Shown: positions 17,601 through 27,289 of the stretch, piece after piece
Layout: every line of letters begins with the position of its first letter
Position numbering within the stretch: the first letter of the stretch is position 1
Source of the DNA: a virus
Virus record (IMG/VR): IMGVR_UViG_3300021368_000003
Location: 31,400-95,399 of that record
DNA: 64,000 bases
Strand: one strand, 5' to 3'
Position numbers and translations under genes: made by a program
The notes under the pieces: generated by a model
Databases searched by the model: none
Told to the model about the DNA's origin: nothing
What the model saw: only the letters and a program-made list of their open reading frames with translations

Positions 17601-19297
17601 ACTTGCAGGTCACCACGGATCTGTACCAGACCAGTTACGTCGTCATCATCATTAGGATCCAACACCATTGTAGCGTTGGTGGTGGACAGAACATTGTCTT
17701 GGAAGTGGTAGTCCTCCACGTTCACTCTGCTGTCTACATGAGTAGCAGAGATAGTAATATCATTTTCAGCAGTAATGTTGATGAGCGCATCACCACCGCC
17801 AGCGTTAGTGGCATTGATCAGCAGAGTGCGGTCAGCAGCATTGTTTTGAGTGTGCTGGAACGTCAGGTTGCCGTCGCCAGTCTTATCCAGTTTCTGAGTA
17901 ACTGTTCCATCAAGAGTAATATCAGGATCACTGAAATAGGAACGGACGTTGACATCAATCTCACCAGCGCCACTGTCCCCTGTATTGTTAGCGCCAAACA
18001 GAAGATTACCGCTCGTATCATTAACTTTAACGTAGTTAAGATAATTGAATCCTCGGTATCCAGTGGTTGCAGTAAGCTCTTGATCAAGTTCAAAATTCTC
18101 AACGGTGTTACCGTCAGCGAAACCAATACGATTGTTTTGCAGTTGCAGGTTATCAACACCACGTTCTGCAATCTTTACATAACCACCTTGGATGCTGTTA
18201 GCAGAATCCCATGCCGTTACATCAAAGTCTTCTTGGGAGAAGGATGCAAGACCCTTCTGAGGAGTCAGAGCAGATCCGAGATATCTCCAAGATCCTGTAT
18301 CACTGGTGTCTGTGTGTGTCGGTTCACCGCCGCCAGCGTTAATAGGAAGGATAGCCTCATACAGGCGATCATTCGAGTTCTTGACCTTATCATATCGAAC
18401 GTATGCAGTAGCATTATCATAAACAGGTGCCAGAGTACCCTCTCTTGCAGTAGAGATAGGTGCAGTCTGGGCATAGGTCAAACGACCATATCTGTCAACA
18501 GTAAACTCAGTAGTGTTGACAGTCTGGTGAATAGAACCAGATTCAGCAACAGAAGTTTCTGGTTGATCCAGAGATACAGAACCAGTCGGGTTGTAAGAAC
18601 CAACCACAACAGGAGTATCAGCAAGACCGATCAGAGGGTTTGCTGCTTGTGCATTACCATTAGAGACGACCAACTGACCAGGTTGACCTGTAATGTTTCT
18701 GGTAACAAGAGTACCAGCACCACTACGTGCAATGAGACCAATAGTTGTGAGACCTGCCAGTGCTGTCAGTTCGGGGTCAACGATCTGAGCGTCAGTAATA
18801 CCATACCCTGCCAACGTAGTTGGGTTAGAACCCGTGACCACACGACCACGAGAGTCAATGGTCAACTGTGTGTAGACACCAGTAGCGGATAGGTTCTCTG
18901 AATCATAGTGAGGCAGACCAGGTTGATAGTTCAGTTCTGCCGTGATGTTAATGTTGGCGGAACCATCAAACTGAGCAGAACCTGACATGTCACCCGTCAG
19001 GGTGAAAGATCTAGCGTTAGCAAGTCTAGTTGCCGTTGCGGCGTTACCGATAAGAGAAGCAGTAATGGCACCTGCCTCAAAGTTACCGTCAGCGTCACGC
19101 TTGACAAGAGTATCAGCAGTATTACTTTCTGTTTCTAGTGGTCGCTCATATTTCAATGAGTTCCATGGCGTCACGCCATCGCCGATTTTCAGACGCGAGG
19201 TATCTAGTTCGATACCAAGTTCGCCTTGGGCAAGGATTGGATTGACGTTCGCCCACTGCTGTGCGCCGTCACGTCTTAGTTGGATTCTATTTGCCAT
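14666..19297 (-). CDS. N-terminal part of a long fibre-like structural protein with Mtd_N-type head
   Basis: RIQLRRD..W..NPILAQGELGIELDT..KIGDG..WNSLKY motif; CBM-like module; beta repeats; aberrant end MLRLMELWM caused by the frameshift. Confidence 0.88.
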   Translation of the reverse strand: MANRIQLRRDGAQQWANVNPILAQGELGIELDTSRLKIGDGVTPWNSLKYERPLETESNTADTLVKRDADGNFEAGAITASLIGNAATATRLANARSFTLTGDMSGSAQFDGSANINITAELNYQPGLPHYDSENLSATGVYTQLTIDSRGRVVTGSNPTTLAGYGITDAQIVDPELTALAGLTTIGLIARSGAGTLVTRNITGQPGQLVVSNGNAQAANPLIGLADTPVVVGSYNPTGSVSLDQPETSVAESGSIHQTVNTTEFTVDRYGRLTYAQTAPISTAREGTLAPVYDNATAYVRYDKVKNSNDRLYEAILPINAGGGEPTHTDTSDTGSWRYLGSALTPQKGLASFSQEDFDVTAWDSANSIQGGYVKIAERGVDNLQLQNNRIGFADGNTVENFELDQELTATTGYRGFNYLNYVKVNDTSGNLLFGANNTGDSGAGEIDVNVRSYFSDPDITLDGTVTQKLDKTGDGNLTFQHTQNNAADRTLLINATNAGGGDALINITAENDITISATHVDSRVNVEDYHFQDNVLSTTNATMVLDPNDDDDVTGLVQIRGDLQVDGTTTTVNSVTTTIQDPIITLGGEDTLTLDDNKDRGIEFRYYDSQERFGFFGWDEDYANSNIWSGTGGYRFLYNATNTNEVYAGTDAPLIAGNLRLTTNTGSTSSTTGTLVVTGGVGISENLNVDGTTTFNNDVLVNKNFILRDDGSIGGANGYDFKIQNQYGTDKFTVDSVLGATTIGWSLDVGHDTSIDGNLLVFGANHAFRVRDGSSINRFTVDSDNGNTVIGLNNAGTGTLTVHGAVDFNTTLDVDGAVTLNSTLDVDDDAVFHNDITLDTTGKIFKITNGSADKFTVQSTTGSTDIRGTLDVGGAVVLESSLQVDGNITLGNAASDTLTINSDTTLTDNLTVNQSVDFDSSLNVDGAVDFNSTLVVDGQTTIYDSLIIESDNEVFNINNGSSVTQFSVDFDNGNTVIGRTGQGTGTLTVHGASTFNNPSSFTDNVTIGNANTDTLTVNSVSTFTDNVTVNGNFDVDGNAIIEGNLTVNGTTSTVNSTVTTLDDPVITLGGDTAPSSADAKDRGVEFRYYDSQARLGFFGWDSTASRYAFFHNATNSAEAFNGTRSGIDAGSIKLFDSTNATNAGTGALIVGGGAGIGIDLYVGDDLVVGDAGSFGGNVDITGTLDVTNNFDINSGKFTVAASSGNTYAEGTLQVDGNVTLGNAASDSHTVTGTVQFNQALTVGERANIRNLKIGTDAANEIGTLAGNLILDSTGGTVNITDNADVDGNLNVDGNTQIDGTLTVDGNTTIGNAAGDAHSVTGTVTFNQAITSTDITADAIKIGVDGVSEISTTEGPLILDSAAGYVSITDSAEIDLNLTVDGNTTLGDASSDTLTVNATSTFTAAITSVDITADNIQIGVSGANEIDTTQGNLILDSATGQTIIDDSLEIKQALEVDGSTTLGDNAADALTVNATSTFNAAITSTDITADAVQIGVDASNEISTTTGNLVLDSAGGTVNITDDADVDGNLNVDGMLRLMELWM

Positions 19298-19336
19298 TGC
19301 TTATTAAACGCTAGCAGGGTCAGGTGTCTCTTTGTT

Positions 19337-19344
19337 TATTTATA
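19337..19344 (-). promoter_or_regulatory. canonical T4 late promoter TATAAATA
   Basis: Perfect gp55 consensus 40 nt upstream of the fibre ATG. Confidence 0.85.
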
Positions 19345-19346
19345 GC

Positions 19347-19376
19347 CAAAACAAAAGAGGACCCGAAGGTCCTCTT
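19347..19376 (-). terminator. rho-independent terminator with C(UUCG)G tetraloop
   Basis: AAGAGGACC-UUCG-GGUCCUCUU followed by UUGUUUU, immediately after the stop at 19381. Confidence 0.92.
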
Positions 19377-19380
19377 ACGT

Positions 19381-19605
19381 TCATTCTTCGGTTGTTTCTT
19401 CTTCGGTTTCTGCTACTCCCTCTGGTGTATGGGGATAGAGATAATCGAGAGTTTCGATTGCTCCGAGAAGTTTAAGTGCGGTTGTTTCGTTTTCCTTGAT
19501 CTTGTTAGCGAGTTCCTTATTCTGGTTCAGCAGATCTTGGTAACGAGTCTTAAAACCATTAAGCAGTTCCGATGGGGACTGCTGTTCAGTAACATCAGCG
19601 GTCAT
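19381..19605 (-). CDS. small coiled-coil hypothetical protein
   Basis: Heptad-like segment; ATGA overlap. Confidence 0.8.
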   Translation of the reverse strand: MTADVTEQQSPSELLNGFKTRYQDLLNQNKELANKIKENETTALKLLGAIETLDYLYPHTPEGVAETEEETTEE

Positions 19606-19850
19606 TTGTTCTCCTTGATAAAGTCAATCAGTAATTTTTTAATGTCTGACACATCAGATTTTAGGTCATTTACCTCATCTTGTAAAGTGGTAAACTCCTG
19701 CTTCTTACGCTGTCTTTCATTATACGACTGCATGTATTTAGCATATTCATCTTGGTCCTTATACACGATAGCATTTGATTGCATATCACGATAGAACCCT
19801 TTGTTTTCATCCCCTTCGACGGGGATGAATTTCTTACCATTAAAGGTCAT
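19602..19850 (-). CDS. small coiled-coil hypothetical protein
   Basis: C-terminal heptads LQDEVNDLKSDVSDIKKLL; ATGA overlap with the VrlC-like stop. Confidence 0.85.
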   Translation of the reverse strand: MTFNGKKFIPVEGDENKGFYRDMQSNAIVYKDQDEYAKYMQSYNERQRKKQEFTTLQDEVNDLKSDVSDIKKLLIDFIKENK

Positions 19851-22800
19851 GATGCGAAGGCAATAGCACGAAGGTCTTTGATCAGTGGTACTTTCGCTTG
19901 ACTCTTAGACTTCATCACAATCTTGATTTGGAATGCTTGGAATTCCTCACCTTCAACTGTGTATTCAAAGTCTTCCCACTCTTCCTCACCAACGTTAGTA
20001 GATCCAACATCAGGCACAGGAATCTTAATGAAACCACTCTCTTGAATGGGTTTATCAGAACCTGGTTTTCTAATACGATAGTATACATCGATATTAGAAT
20101 CACCGTAACGTTGCATGGAGATCATCAAACGAATAGATCTAGAAACGTTTGCCAGTTGTGCAACCTTAGTCAGATAAACTGCATCGTTCTGATCACCCGA
20201 ATTCAACAATGACACATCGGAAGTAGTATCGATCTCAGATTGGAGACCCAATACTTGTGGTCCACCTGGCCATTCATTGATACGGTTGGAAGTTGTGATG
20301 ACAGACACACGGTCGAGGTCAATCACAGGAGAAAGGTTTTCTTTCTCAGTAGTCATGCTGATTCTAAGAGTCAGAGACTTGGAACCTTCCAGTTTGTTTG
20401 CTTCGTTGATATCAGAGGCAATAATACGAGGATTGTCGTAGTAGTTCTCTTCGTTCAACTGAATCTCATCATAGGTGCCGTTGTTTACAAACGATGCTTG
20501 GTCAACGATTTGACCACCATTACCGATGGAAGTACCAGAAGTAGTATTCAGAGTTGGCGACACATCAGTCTCTTTGAATTGCAGAATCTGGATCGTAGGA
20601 GTGATGAGTTCAAACGGAATGTTCTGCGAAGCAGAAACGTTTGGACCGCCACCTACAATACCGACACTAGCAACAGACTGTGTGGGGAGTGAATAAGTAT
20701 CCAGAGTAGGATCACCAATACCAGTGTGGATCTTGTTGATCTCTGTCAGAGGAATACCATCAAGATTATAGCATTGAACTTCTGTTTCTGCATCCCAACT
20801 GAGAGCAGCACCAGTATTCATAACATCGGAAGTGATACCACGTCCAGATGGAGCAACAGTGATTTCCTTACCGTTATCAGAGATAGCAGAGTAAGCGATG
20901 ATTTCTTTACGTTGAATAACGTGTCTGATACAACGCCATGCCTCAGTAGCATCATCATCACCGCCAGGAGGAGTCGGAGGTCTGAGACCAGTTGCTCTTG
21001 AATCTTCACCAACCAGCATCAGATATCCAGGGTTGGTGGTACTGATGGGTTTACCGTTGATAACTTTATGGAAGGATCCAGCATTAGCAACAGAAAGTGT
21101 AGTTGCAGTAGACGACAAGTTAGAAGTAAGGGTAGTTGATCCGACTTCGGATTCGACATTCGTAATCTCTACGTTGTTGGATCTGTTGTGCATACCATGA
21201 TTAGGATGCATAACAACAACTTTCTTGTCTACGGTTCTCAGTGACGGTTGGGAAACAGGATACCCAGTATACGAGTCACCACCGTACGTAGCAGAACTGA
21301 TAGTGCCAGAAACACCACCAGGCTCAGACAGAGTGTCGTTAGCGGTATCGAACTGTTTATCAACATAATTTGCAGTAATTGTAGATGTACCTGAGTTGTA
21401 GTCTGTAACAACAGCAGTTGCACCAGACGAAGAACCAGTAATTACATCACCTGCTTCAAATGTACCATTGTTCACCGTGGACATTACCAAAGTCACAGTG
21501 GACTGAGAAGATTTCAGACCATTAGTAATTGCACCCTGGTTATCAACGATACCTTGTACAAAGGTGCCAGTGATATCGGTTACAGTTAGTTTCTGTGGGT
21601 TGGAAACGGAATCAAATTCCAGCACAGTTGCCTGAGCATTGGAGGGAGTTTGAATGATACGCGCACCAACAGTAAAGTTGTATGAGGTGCCAGTGACAAG
21701 AGTAAGTTCTTGCTTAGGTTGAATCGTACTAACTGGGTTATTGATCAGTGATGCAAGACCGTCGTTACCACGTCCAAGTTGTGCGTTGTTGAACACAGCA
21801 CTACCAGTGACAGTGGTATCAAACTTCGCTCTATACAGATTGAACTTCAAGTCTTCATACTGGTCAGCGGTCCACGTAGATGCGTTCTGTGATTTGAAGA
21901 GCACACCAGCGTAAGGCTGTTCAGAGATCGTTCTTGTACCAGTGATATCGATGTCACCCATACGTGAGATCCAGACCTTGTATTCGTTAGAGTCAGAGAA
22001 CAGCACGAAGCAATGTTCTTCGGACTCAGGAATATACACAGGTGCAGGGAACTCAAATCTTGTTGCAATCGATGCGTTCTCAGAGATTTCAACCTGAGAA
22101 GGAATCAGAGTACAGTCAGAGAAAGGAAGGATGTCCTTAGTAGGATAACCATTTTCCATCGGACGGATCTGCATCGAGATGGGGATCTTCTGGTCCTTAG
22201 TAGCGAAGAAGATATCAACGCCAGTTACAAACGAACCACCAACTGCTTCAAGCAGGAAGGACTGTGCGAGAGGGTCCCACCAACCAACCTGTCTAGTGTT
22301 AGTACGAACAGAACGAACGGTTCTTCTATCTCTAACAGTATCACGAACGATACGAGCGTTACGAACAGCGAGGATGTTTTCCTGAACAGTATTCAGAGTA
22401 CCTCTTGCGCTGTATTCTGCCTCAGCAGCAGAGTCAACTGCACCTGGCAGTCTGCTGTCAGAGTCAGAAGAAGTAAGACGCATCACGCGAGTACCAGTTG
22501 CCCAACGTGGGTTGGAGTTTCTTCTGGGGTTAGGAATGAAGAACGTACCCTTAACGATACCCAACAGGTCAGAGATCAAACGACGATCTTTAACGACTGC
22601 ACGAGCACCAGAGGTTCTACCGACCAGGACTTCACCAACTGCAACGTTGCCGTATGCAGTGCCCTGTGTTTGGGCTGCCATCTCATTGGTATCAATGTTC
22701 AGAACAGCAGTCTGCGATGCATAAGAATCGGGCAGAGTATCGTTGGTAGCGGTATATGAGTTAGTAGTCAGACCATCATTAGGTGCAACAACTTTCAGAC

Positions 22801-25800
22801 GACAACCAGAGTTCAGACCAATAACAGTTTCACCAATCACAAACGGAGTCTCATTGGTTGAAGGATCCTCAGAGGAGTTCTTAACCAGTTCGATCAACTT
22901 AGGAGTGATGTACTGCATCACATTGTCACCGTCGAAGAATGCATACATTCTGGTCTTCGGCTTGATACGTTCCACATCGAAGGCGACGTTTCTGGAACGG
23001 ATCCATGGGATAAATGTACTATCGATCACGCTATCACCCAGTGAGCGTCTATCCACTCTGGGCACAACTCTAATACGAGTACCAGATCTTACCTGACGAC
23101 GTGTGGTAACAGTAGTCGTAGACGCCATAATACGTCTCGGTACACCACGACGGAAGGAGGTTTCTCTCCAAGCACGACCGTTAGTTCTTCTAGTACCAGT
23201 CCAAGCAGTTCTCCAAGCACGCCACTGAACAGGAGCAAAACCTCTGTTGTTAGTTCTAAATCTACGACGAGTTGCTTGGAAGTTACCTTCAATGCTAGTT
23301 ACACGAGCAGGAACACGACGAGTGTCAACCCAGTCATCCGATGCAGGAAGAAGGTCAATACGACCAATGAAAGTAAACACGTTGAATGGGTTCACGTTTT
23401 CCATACGAGAAGCGTATGGCTGAACGATCACTGCCTCTTCAACGAATGGCAGAGTCAAAATGTTTGAACCATTCTTACCTCTACGAAGTTGTCTACCACC
23501 ATGCCAGACGATATTAGTCGAAGCAGTTCTGTTATATCTCAGTGAGATATTCTGGGTATAGTGAGAAGGACGCAGAACACCCTCAGTGAAGTCTAGCGAA
23601 CACTTGTAGTCATCATCATCGGTTGCTGATGTTGAGTGGTCGGTGAAGTCATCCACCATGAAACCATTCTTCAATCTGTCGAATCCATCACCATCATATG
23701 CTTTGACGTTTCTAGCATCTGCTTCCAGCAGAGACAGAGAAGTGTAGTATTCAAGAGACTGCAAGCGGCGGTCCATGTTACCGATGTCTTCCATCGTATA
23801 ACGACGCTGCTGGTGCAGTGTAATCAGAATGTCTTCTTCAACATCATACACATATGGTTCGTACTGGATCTTCGCCAGCAACATAGCGTTATCGATGTTG
23901 TCTGCTTCTGGGGGATCTTCATTAGGAACACCCATAGACAGTTTCAGATCACCATCATGCGTCATGAACAGTTTGTCCTGACGTGGCAGATAGTATTCGT
24001 AGTCTGCTCTGAATTGTTCTTCTACCTTAGGAAGGTTAAAGATGGTCGAACCACCAGCACCACCAGTGCTAGTAAAGACACGAGAATCGAAGTCAAGTGA
24101 CTTACAGTTGGTGTAATAAGGTTGCTCAACAGTACCAGAACCAGAAGCAAGTTCACCAACAGCAGGACGGAAGTCGATAGCGTCGGTCAGATCCTTACTG
24201 TTACGTTCGGTACGATACTTAGGAATCTCAGAGAAGTTGATACCAGTATAAGACTGGTTGGAGAAGTAATCACCTGATGCTTCATGAATGAAGTAGTCAA
24301 ATACAACTGCCAACTTACGCTTGGGTTCAGATGTACCTGCCTTACGGATCAGTTTAGACACACCATAGAAGAAGGGTGTGATGTTGGGTTCCAGTTCAAA
24401 GTTACCAGTGATGTCCTTAGAACCTCTCTCAACAGAACCATCACCGTCTTCAATAACAGCAACGAGTTTGTTCAGTTCGTCATCGAAACCATCAATAGTT
24501 TCACCAGTCTGGAATGTTTCAGCACTCAGGCTTACAATATAAAGTCTGTTGTTATTAGAGTTAAATGATACAACACGACCCCTGGCGTTAGAAGTTCTAC
24601 CCACAACAACAGAACCGTTGTCGAAATATACGTTCTCTGTCAGCACCACATAGGGGACTTGTGCGTCTTGCTCATCAGTAGATTCGTATACAGCATGAAT
24701 CTTGTATACATCATTCAGTGCAAATGAGATCTCCTCGTCTTCAATACGAGTACCATACAGGTTACCGAAAGCAAGACCATAGTTCAGAACGTCATTCTGA
24801 TTTCTGGTACGAATCACTTTCATCGTACGCATCTTCGCCGCAGTCTTAATCTTCTTAGATACCGTGTTCACAGACACAGCAGCAGTAAGAGTTACTCGGG
24901 AGATGTTAGAAGTACCACCAGAACCATTGTTGATACCAGTGATTTGAAGGGACTGTCTGTTAGCACCGAAACTTACAGAGATAGTAGGGTTCTGTTTCTC
25001 AGACTCCTCTTCGATATCAAGAACAGTACCAGGACTCCAACCATATCCTGTATGGGTGTTAGAACCAGTCTCAATAGCGAGGATATAGTTCTCACCATCA
25101 AGGGTAGTAAACTGTTCGTTCTCAGGTAGTGTGAAGGACACGTCACCAGAAGACAACTGCTTGTTAGCAAATGTTCTGATAGAGATGAACGATTCATCAC
25201 TGATTGCTTTAATTGCCTTCTTAGGCATGTCAATCGCCAACTCACCATCTCTGGTGTTCTTCTGAGTGAAGACAGGACGTAGACGGGTGAACTGAGTGGC
25301 GTTGTATTCTTGGTTGGCAATGTTACCACCATTCTTAATCAACGAGTTATCCAGTTTTGCCACCTGCAAACCGAAGTCAAATACAGGGGTAGTACCAGAA
25401 GACTTTCTATTCAGTGCAGTAAAGGCAATGTTAGTTCCATCGACTCTTCTTACACGAAGTGAAGTGGAACCTTTGTTGTCAGTGGCGACGGGTGAGATAA
25501 CATCACCTGGGCGCAAGTCAGCGGCAAACGCAGTATCGAAACCAGTAACATCATTCGCCTTATCAACAGTAATAGTTTTACCAGTAAGAGCAATAGACTC
25601 ATTCAGTGCCAAAGAAGCAGTGAAGATGATGGTGCTACCAGTTGGAGTATCATATCCAACCATCTGACGGATATCAGACTGCTCGTAAGAGAACACAGCG
25701 GAGCAAGTATCCAGAACACGACCGTCTCTTTCGATAACCTCACCAACTTGGAACTGACCAGATACCTGGTGCAGCATTGCATAGTCGGCAGCAGCAGAGT

Positions 25801-27286
25801 GGACGTAACCTCTTGCACCAGAAGAACGACCAATCAGAACTTCACCATCAATAATGCTTTGTGAAGAAGCAAAGTTGATAGCAGTGAACATATTGATGTC
25901 GAAGAGGAAGCACTTATACTTTGATCCATCAACTTCAAGTTGCAGGACTCTTGCTTTACCAATCAGGTTACCCTGAGCAGTTTGAGAAGGACCAGAACCT
26001 GACCAGTCATCTCTAAGGTCAACAGTCTGATAGCAATGAGTAACACCCTCACCAGATAGTCTTGGCCAACCCCAGATGTCATATACCTCTACTGCCTGTG
26101 ACAGGTCAACAGGGATGATTTGGTTTTGGCGACCAACAAAAGTACGTGGTTTAGGAGAGTCAACATAGGTAGAAGCAAGCAGTGAAGTTCTATAACCTTT
26201 CACATATGCTTTACCAGGTCCAACTTCAATAGCAGCGAAGTTCTCGGATGCAACTTGTCCCTCAGGACTGGTTGATCCAGGAAGATATACACCGTTATTG
26301 AACTGATCGTTCAGGTGCTCTCTTGCTCTAACATCAAAGGTATCGACAACATAGTCGCCATGTGTCTCATACGTTCTACGAGCAATCGACTTTTCGATCT
26401 CGTTATATTCCGTACGGTCAACAAAGTTCTCAACAGTCGAGTTCCTGATGCGAAGCAGTTCGATGAAGTTCTTGTCAGTATCGTCATCGATTGGCTTCTT
26501 AACAAGTTGTGTCTTGATTCTGAATCGGTGACCACCAGGAGCAGAGTAGTTGGACGAACCAATGGCATTGTCCGTAAGTGACGGATCATCCTCAGGTGTG
26601 ATAATTGATTCGCTAACTTCAAATCCAACTCTGTAACTTGGGTTGTTGTCGTACTGTTCAAGGATAATATATGCGGACTGAATATCAACAAAGTGACCAC
26701 GGATAAAGTAGACACCATCACTAATATAAGCAGTGGATCCAACTTCACTAGCATTTACAGGAAGCAGCTGAGCAAAAGGAGATCCAACTTCGATCAAACT
26801 ATTACCGAAGGTGATCTCATCTTCAACGATCAACTGTTCGTTGTTCTGGAATTTCTTAGTCGTTACATCAGAAGTAGTGTCCCCAGACTCCACATATTTG
26901 ATGTAGAACGTGATGTATCCACGAGAAGATGTAGTAGCAGGAATCGAGTAAAGGACTTTCGCTTTGATGCCCGTCGTCAGTCCTTCAATGATTTTGCCAC
27001 TCAACTGTGATCTGTATGTTTCAACGTCAACCCCCAGGAATGACTGCTGAATCAGAACACAATCTACGTTCAGGTCATAACCCACCTGTCCTGGGATGAC
27101 CATAGCACCTTCCTTAAATAGGTGCTGTCCCATTGCTTCGATCTGATTTTGCAGGATCGATTGCATGGTCGTAAGTTCCCTTGCCTGAATTGGAAATCCA
27201 GGTCGGAAGAGAACTCTGTAAAAGTTTTTATCCTTATCGAAATCGTCGAAATAAGGAGCAATGTTTAGATTAGTATTCTGGGGCAT
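19847..27286 (-). CDS. VrlC-like (DUF4815) large virion structural protein, 2479 aa
   Basis: N-terminal PYFDDF..YRVLFRPG.PIQARELT..QSILQ; DPLAQSF; LFKSQNASTWT motifs; lies next to gp8. Confidence 0.9.
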   Translation of the reverse strand: MPQNTNLNIAPYFDDFDKDKNFYRVLFRPGFPIQARELTTMQSILQNQIEAMGQHLFKEGAMVIPGQVGYDLNVDCVLIQQSFLGVDVETYRSQLSGKIIEGLTTGIKAKVLYSIPATTSSRGYITFYIKYVESGDTTSDVTTKKFQNNEQLIVEDEITFGNSLIEVGSPFAQLLPVNASEVGSTAYISDGVYFIRGHFVDIQSAYIILEQYDNNPSYRVGFEVSESIITPEDDPSLTDNAIGSSNYSAPGGHRFRIKTQLVKKPIDDDTDKNFIELLRIRNSTVENFVDRTEYNEIEKSIARRTYETHGDYVVDTFDVRAREHLNDQFNNGVYLPGSTSPEGQVASENFAAIEVGPGKAYVKGYRTSLLASTYVDSPKPRTFVGRQNQIIPVDLSQAVEVYDIWGWPRLSGEGVTHCYQTVDLRDDWSGSGPSQTAQGNLIGKARVLQLEVDGSKYKCFLFDINMFTAINFASSQSIIDGEVLIGRSSGARGYVHSAAADYAMLHQVSGQFQVGEVIERDGRVLDTCSAVFSYEQSDIRQMVGYDTPTGSTIIFTASLALNESIALTGKTITVDKANDVTGFDTAFAADLRPGDVISPVATDNKGSTSLRVRRVDGTNIAFTALNRKSSGTTPVFDFGLQVAKLDNSLIKNGGNIANQEYNATQFTRLRPVFTQKNTRDGELAIDMPKKAIKAISDESFISIRTFANKQLSSGDVSFTLPENEQFTTLDGENYILAIETGSNTHTGYGWSPGTVLDIEEESEKQNPTISVSFGANRQSLQITGINNGSGGTSNISRVTLTAAVSVNTVSKKIKTAAKMRTMKVIRTRNQNDVLNYGLAFGNLYGTRIEDEEISFALNDVYKIHAVYESTDEQDAQVPYVVLTENVYFDNGSVVVGRTSNARGRVVSFNSNNNRLYIVSLSAETFQTGETIDGFDDELNKLVAVIEDGDGSVERGSKDITGNFELEPNITPFFYGVSKLIRKAGTSEPKRKLAVVFDYFIHEASGDYFSNQSYTGINFSEIPKYRTERNSKDLTDAIDFRPAVGELASGSGTVEQPYYTNCKSLDFDSRVFTSTGGAGGSTIFNLPKVEEQFRADYEYYLPRQDKLFMTHDGDLKLSMGVPNEDPPEADNIDNAMLLAKIQYEPYVYDVEEDILITLHQQRRYTMEDIGNMDRRLQSLEYYTSLSLLEADARNVKAYDGDGFDRLKNGFMVDDFTDHSTSATDDDDYKCSLDFTEGVLRPSHYTQNISLRYNRTASTNIVWHGGRQLRRGKNGSNILTLPFVEEAVIVQPYASRMENVNPFNVFTFIGRIDLLPASDDWVDTRRVPARVTSIEGNFQATRRRFRTNNRGFAPVQWRAWRTAWTGTRRTNGRAWRETSFRRGVPRRIMASTTTVTTRRQVRSGTRIRVVPRVDRRSLGDSVIDSTFIPWIRSRNVAFDVERIKPKTRMYAFFDGDNVMQYITPKLIELVKNSSEDPSTNETPFVIGETVIGLNSGCRLKVVAPNDGLTTNSYTATNDTLPDSYASQTAVLNIDTNEMAAQTQGTAYGNVAVGEVLVGRTSGARAVVKDRRLISDLLGIVKGTFFIPNPRRNSNPRWATGTRVMRLTSSDSDSRLPGAVDSAAEAEYSARGTLNTVQENILAVRNARIVRDTVRDRRTVRSVRTNTRQVGWWDPLAQSFLLEAVGGSFVTGVDIFFATKDQKIPISMQIRPMENGYPTKDILPFSDCTLIPSQVEISENASIATRFEFPAPVYIPESEEHCFVLFSDSNEYKVWISRMGDIDITGTRTISEQPYAGVLFKSQNASTWTADQYEDLKFNLYRAKFDTTVTGSAVFNNAQLGRGNDGLASLINNPVSTIQPKQELTLVTGTSYNFTVGARIIQTPSNAQATVLEFDSVSNPQKLTVTDITGTFVQGIVDNQGAITNGLKSSQSTVTLVMSTVNNGTFEAGDVITGSSSGATAVVTDYNSGTSTITANYVDKQFDTANDTLSEPGGVSGTISSATYGGDSYTGYPVSQPSLRTVDKKVVVMHPNHGMHNRSNNVEITNVESEVGSTTLTSNLSSTATTLSVANAGSFHKVINGKPISTTNPGYLMLVGEDSRATGLRPPTPPGGDDDATEAWRCIRHVIQRKEIIAYSAISDNGKEITVAPSGRGITSDVMNTGAALSWDAETEVQCYNLDGIPLTEINKIHTGIGDPTLDTYSLPTQSVASVGIVGGGPNVSASQNIPFELITPTIQILQFKETDVSPTLNTTSGTSIGNGGQIVDQASFVNNGTYDEIQLNEENYYDNPRIIASDINEANKLEGSKSLTLRISMTTEKENLSPVIDLDRVSVITTSNRINEWPGGPQVLGLQSEIDTTSDVSLLNSGDQNDAVYLTKVAQLANVSRSIRLMISMQRYGDSNIDVYYRIRKPGSDKPIQESGFIKIPVPDVGSTNVGEEEWEDFEYTVEGEEFQAFQIKIVMKSKSQAKVPLIKDLRAIAFAS

Positions 27287-27289
27287 CTC

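Noticed and set aside
14666-19297. Diversity-generating retroelement suggested by the Mtd_N-type domain
   Set aside because: No reverse transcriptase and no TR/VR pair differing at adenines seen in this window.
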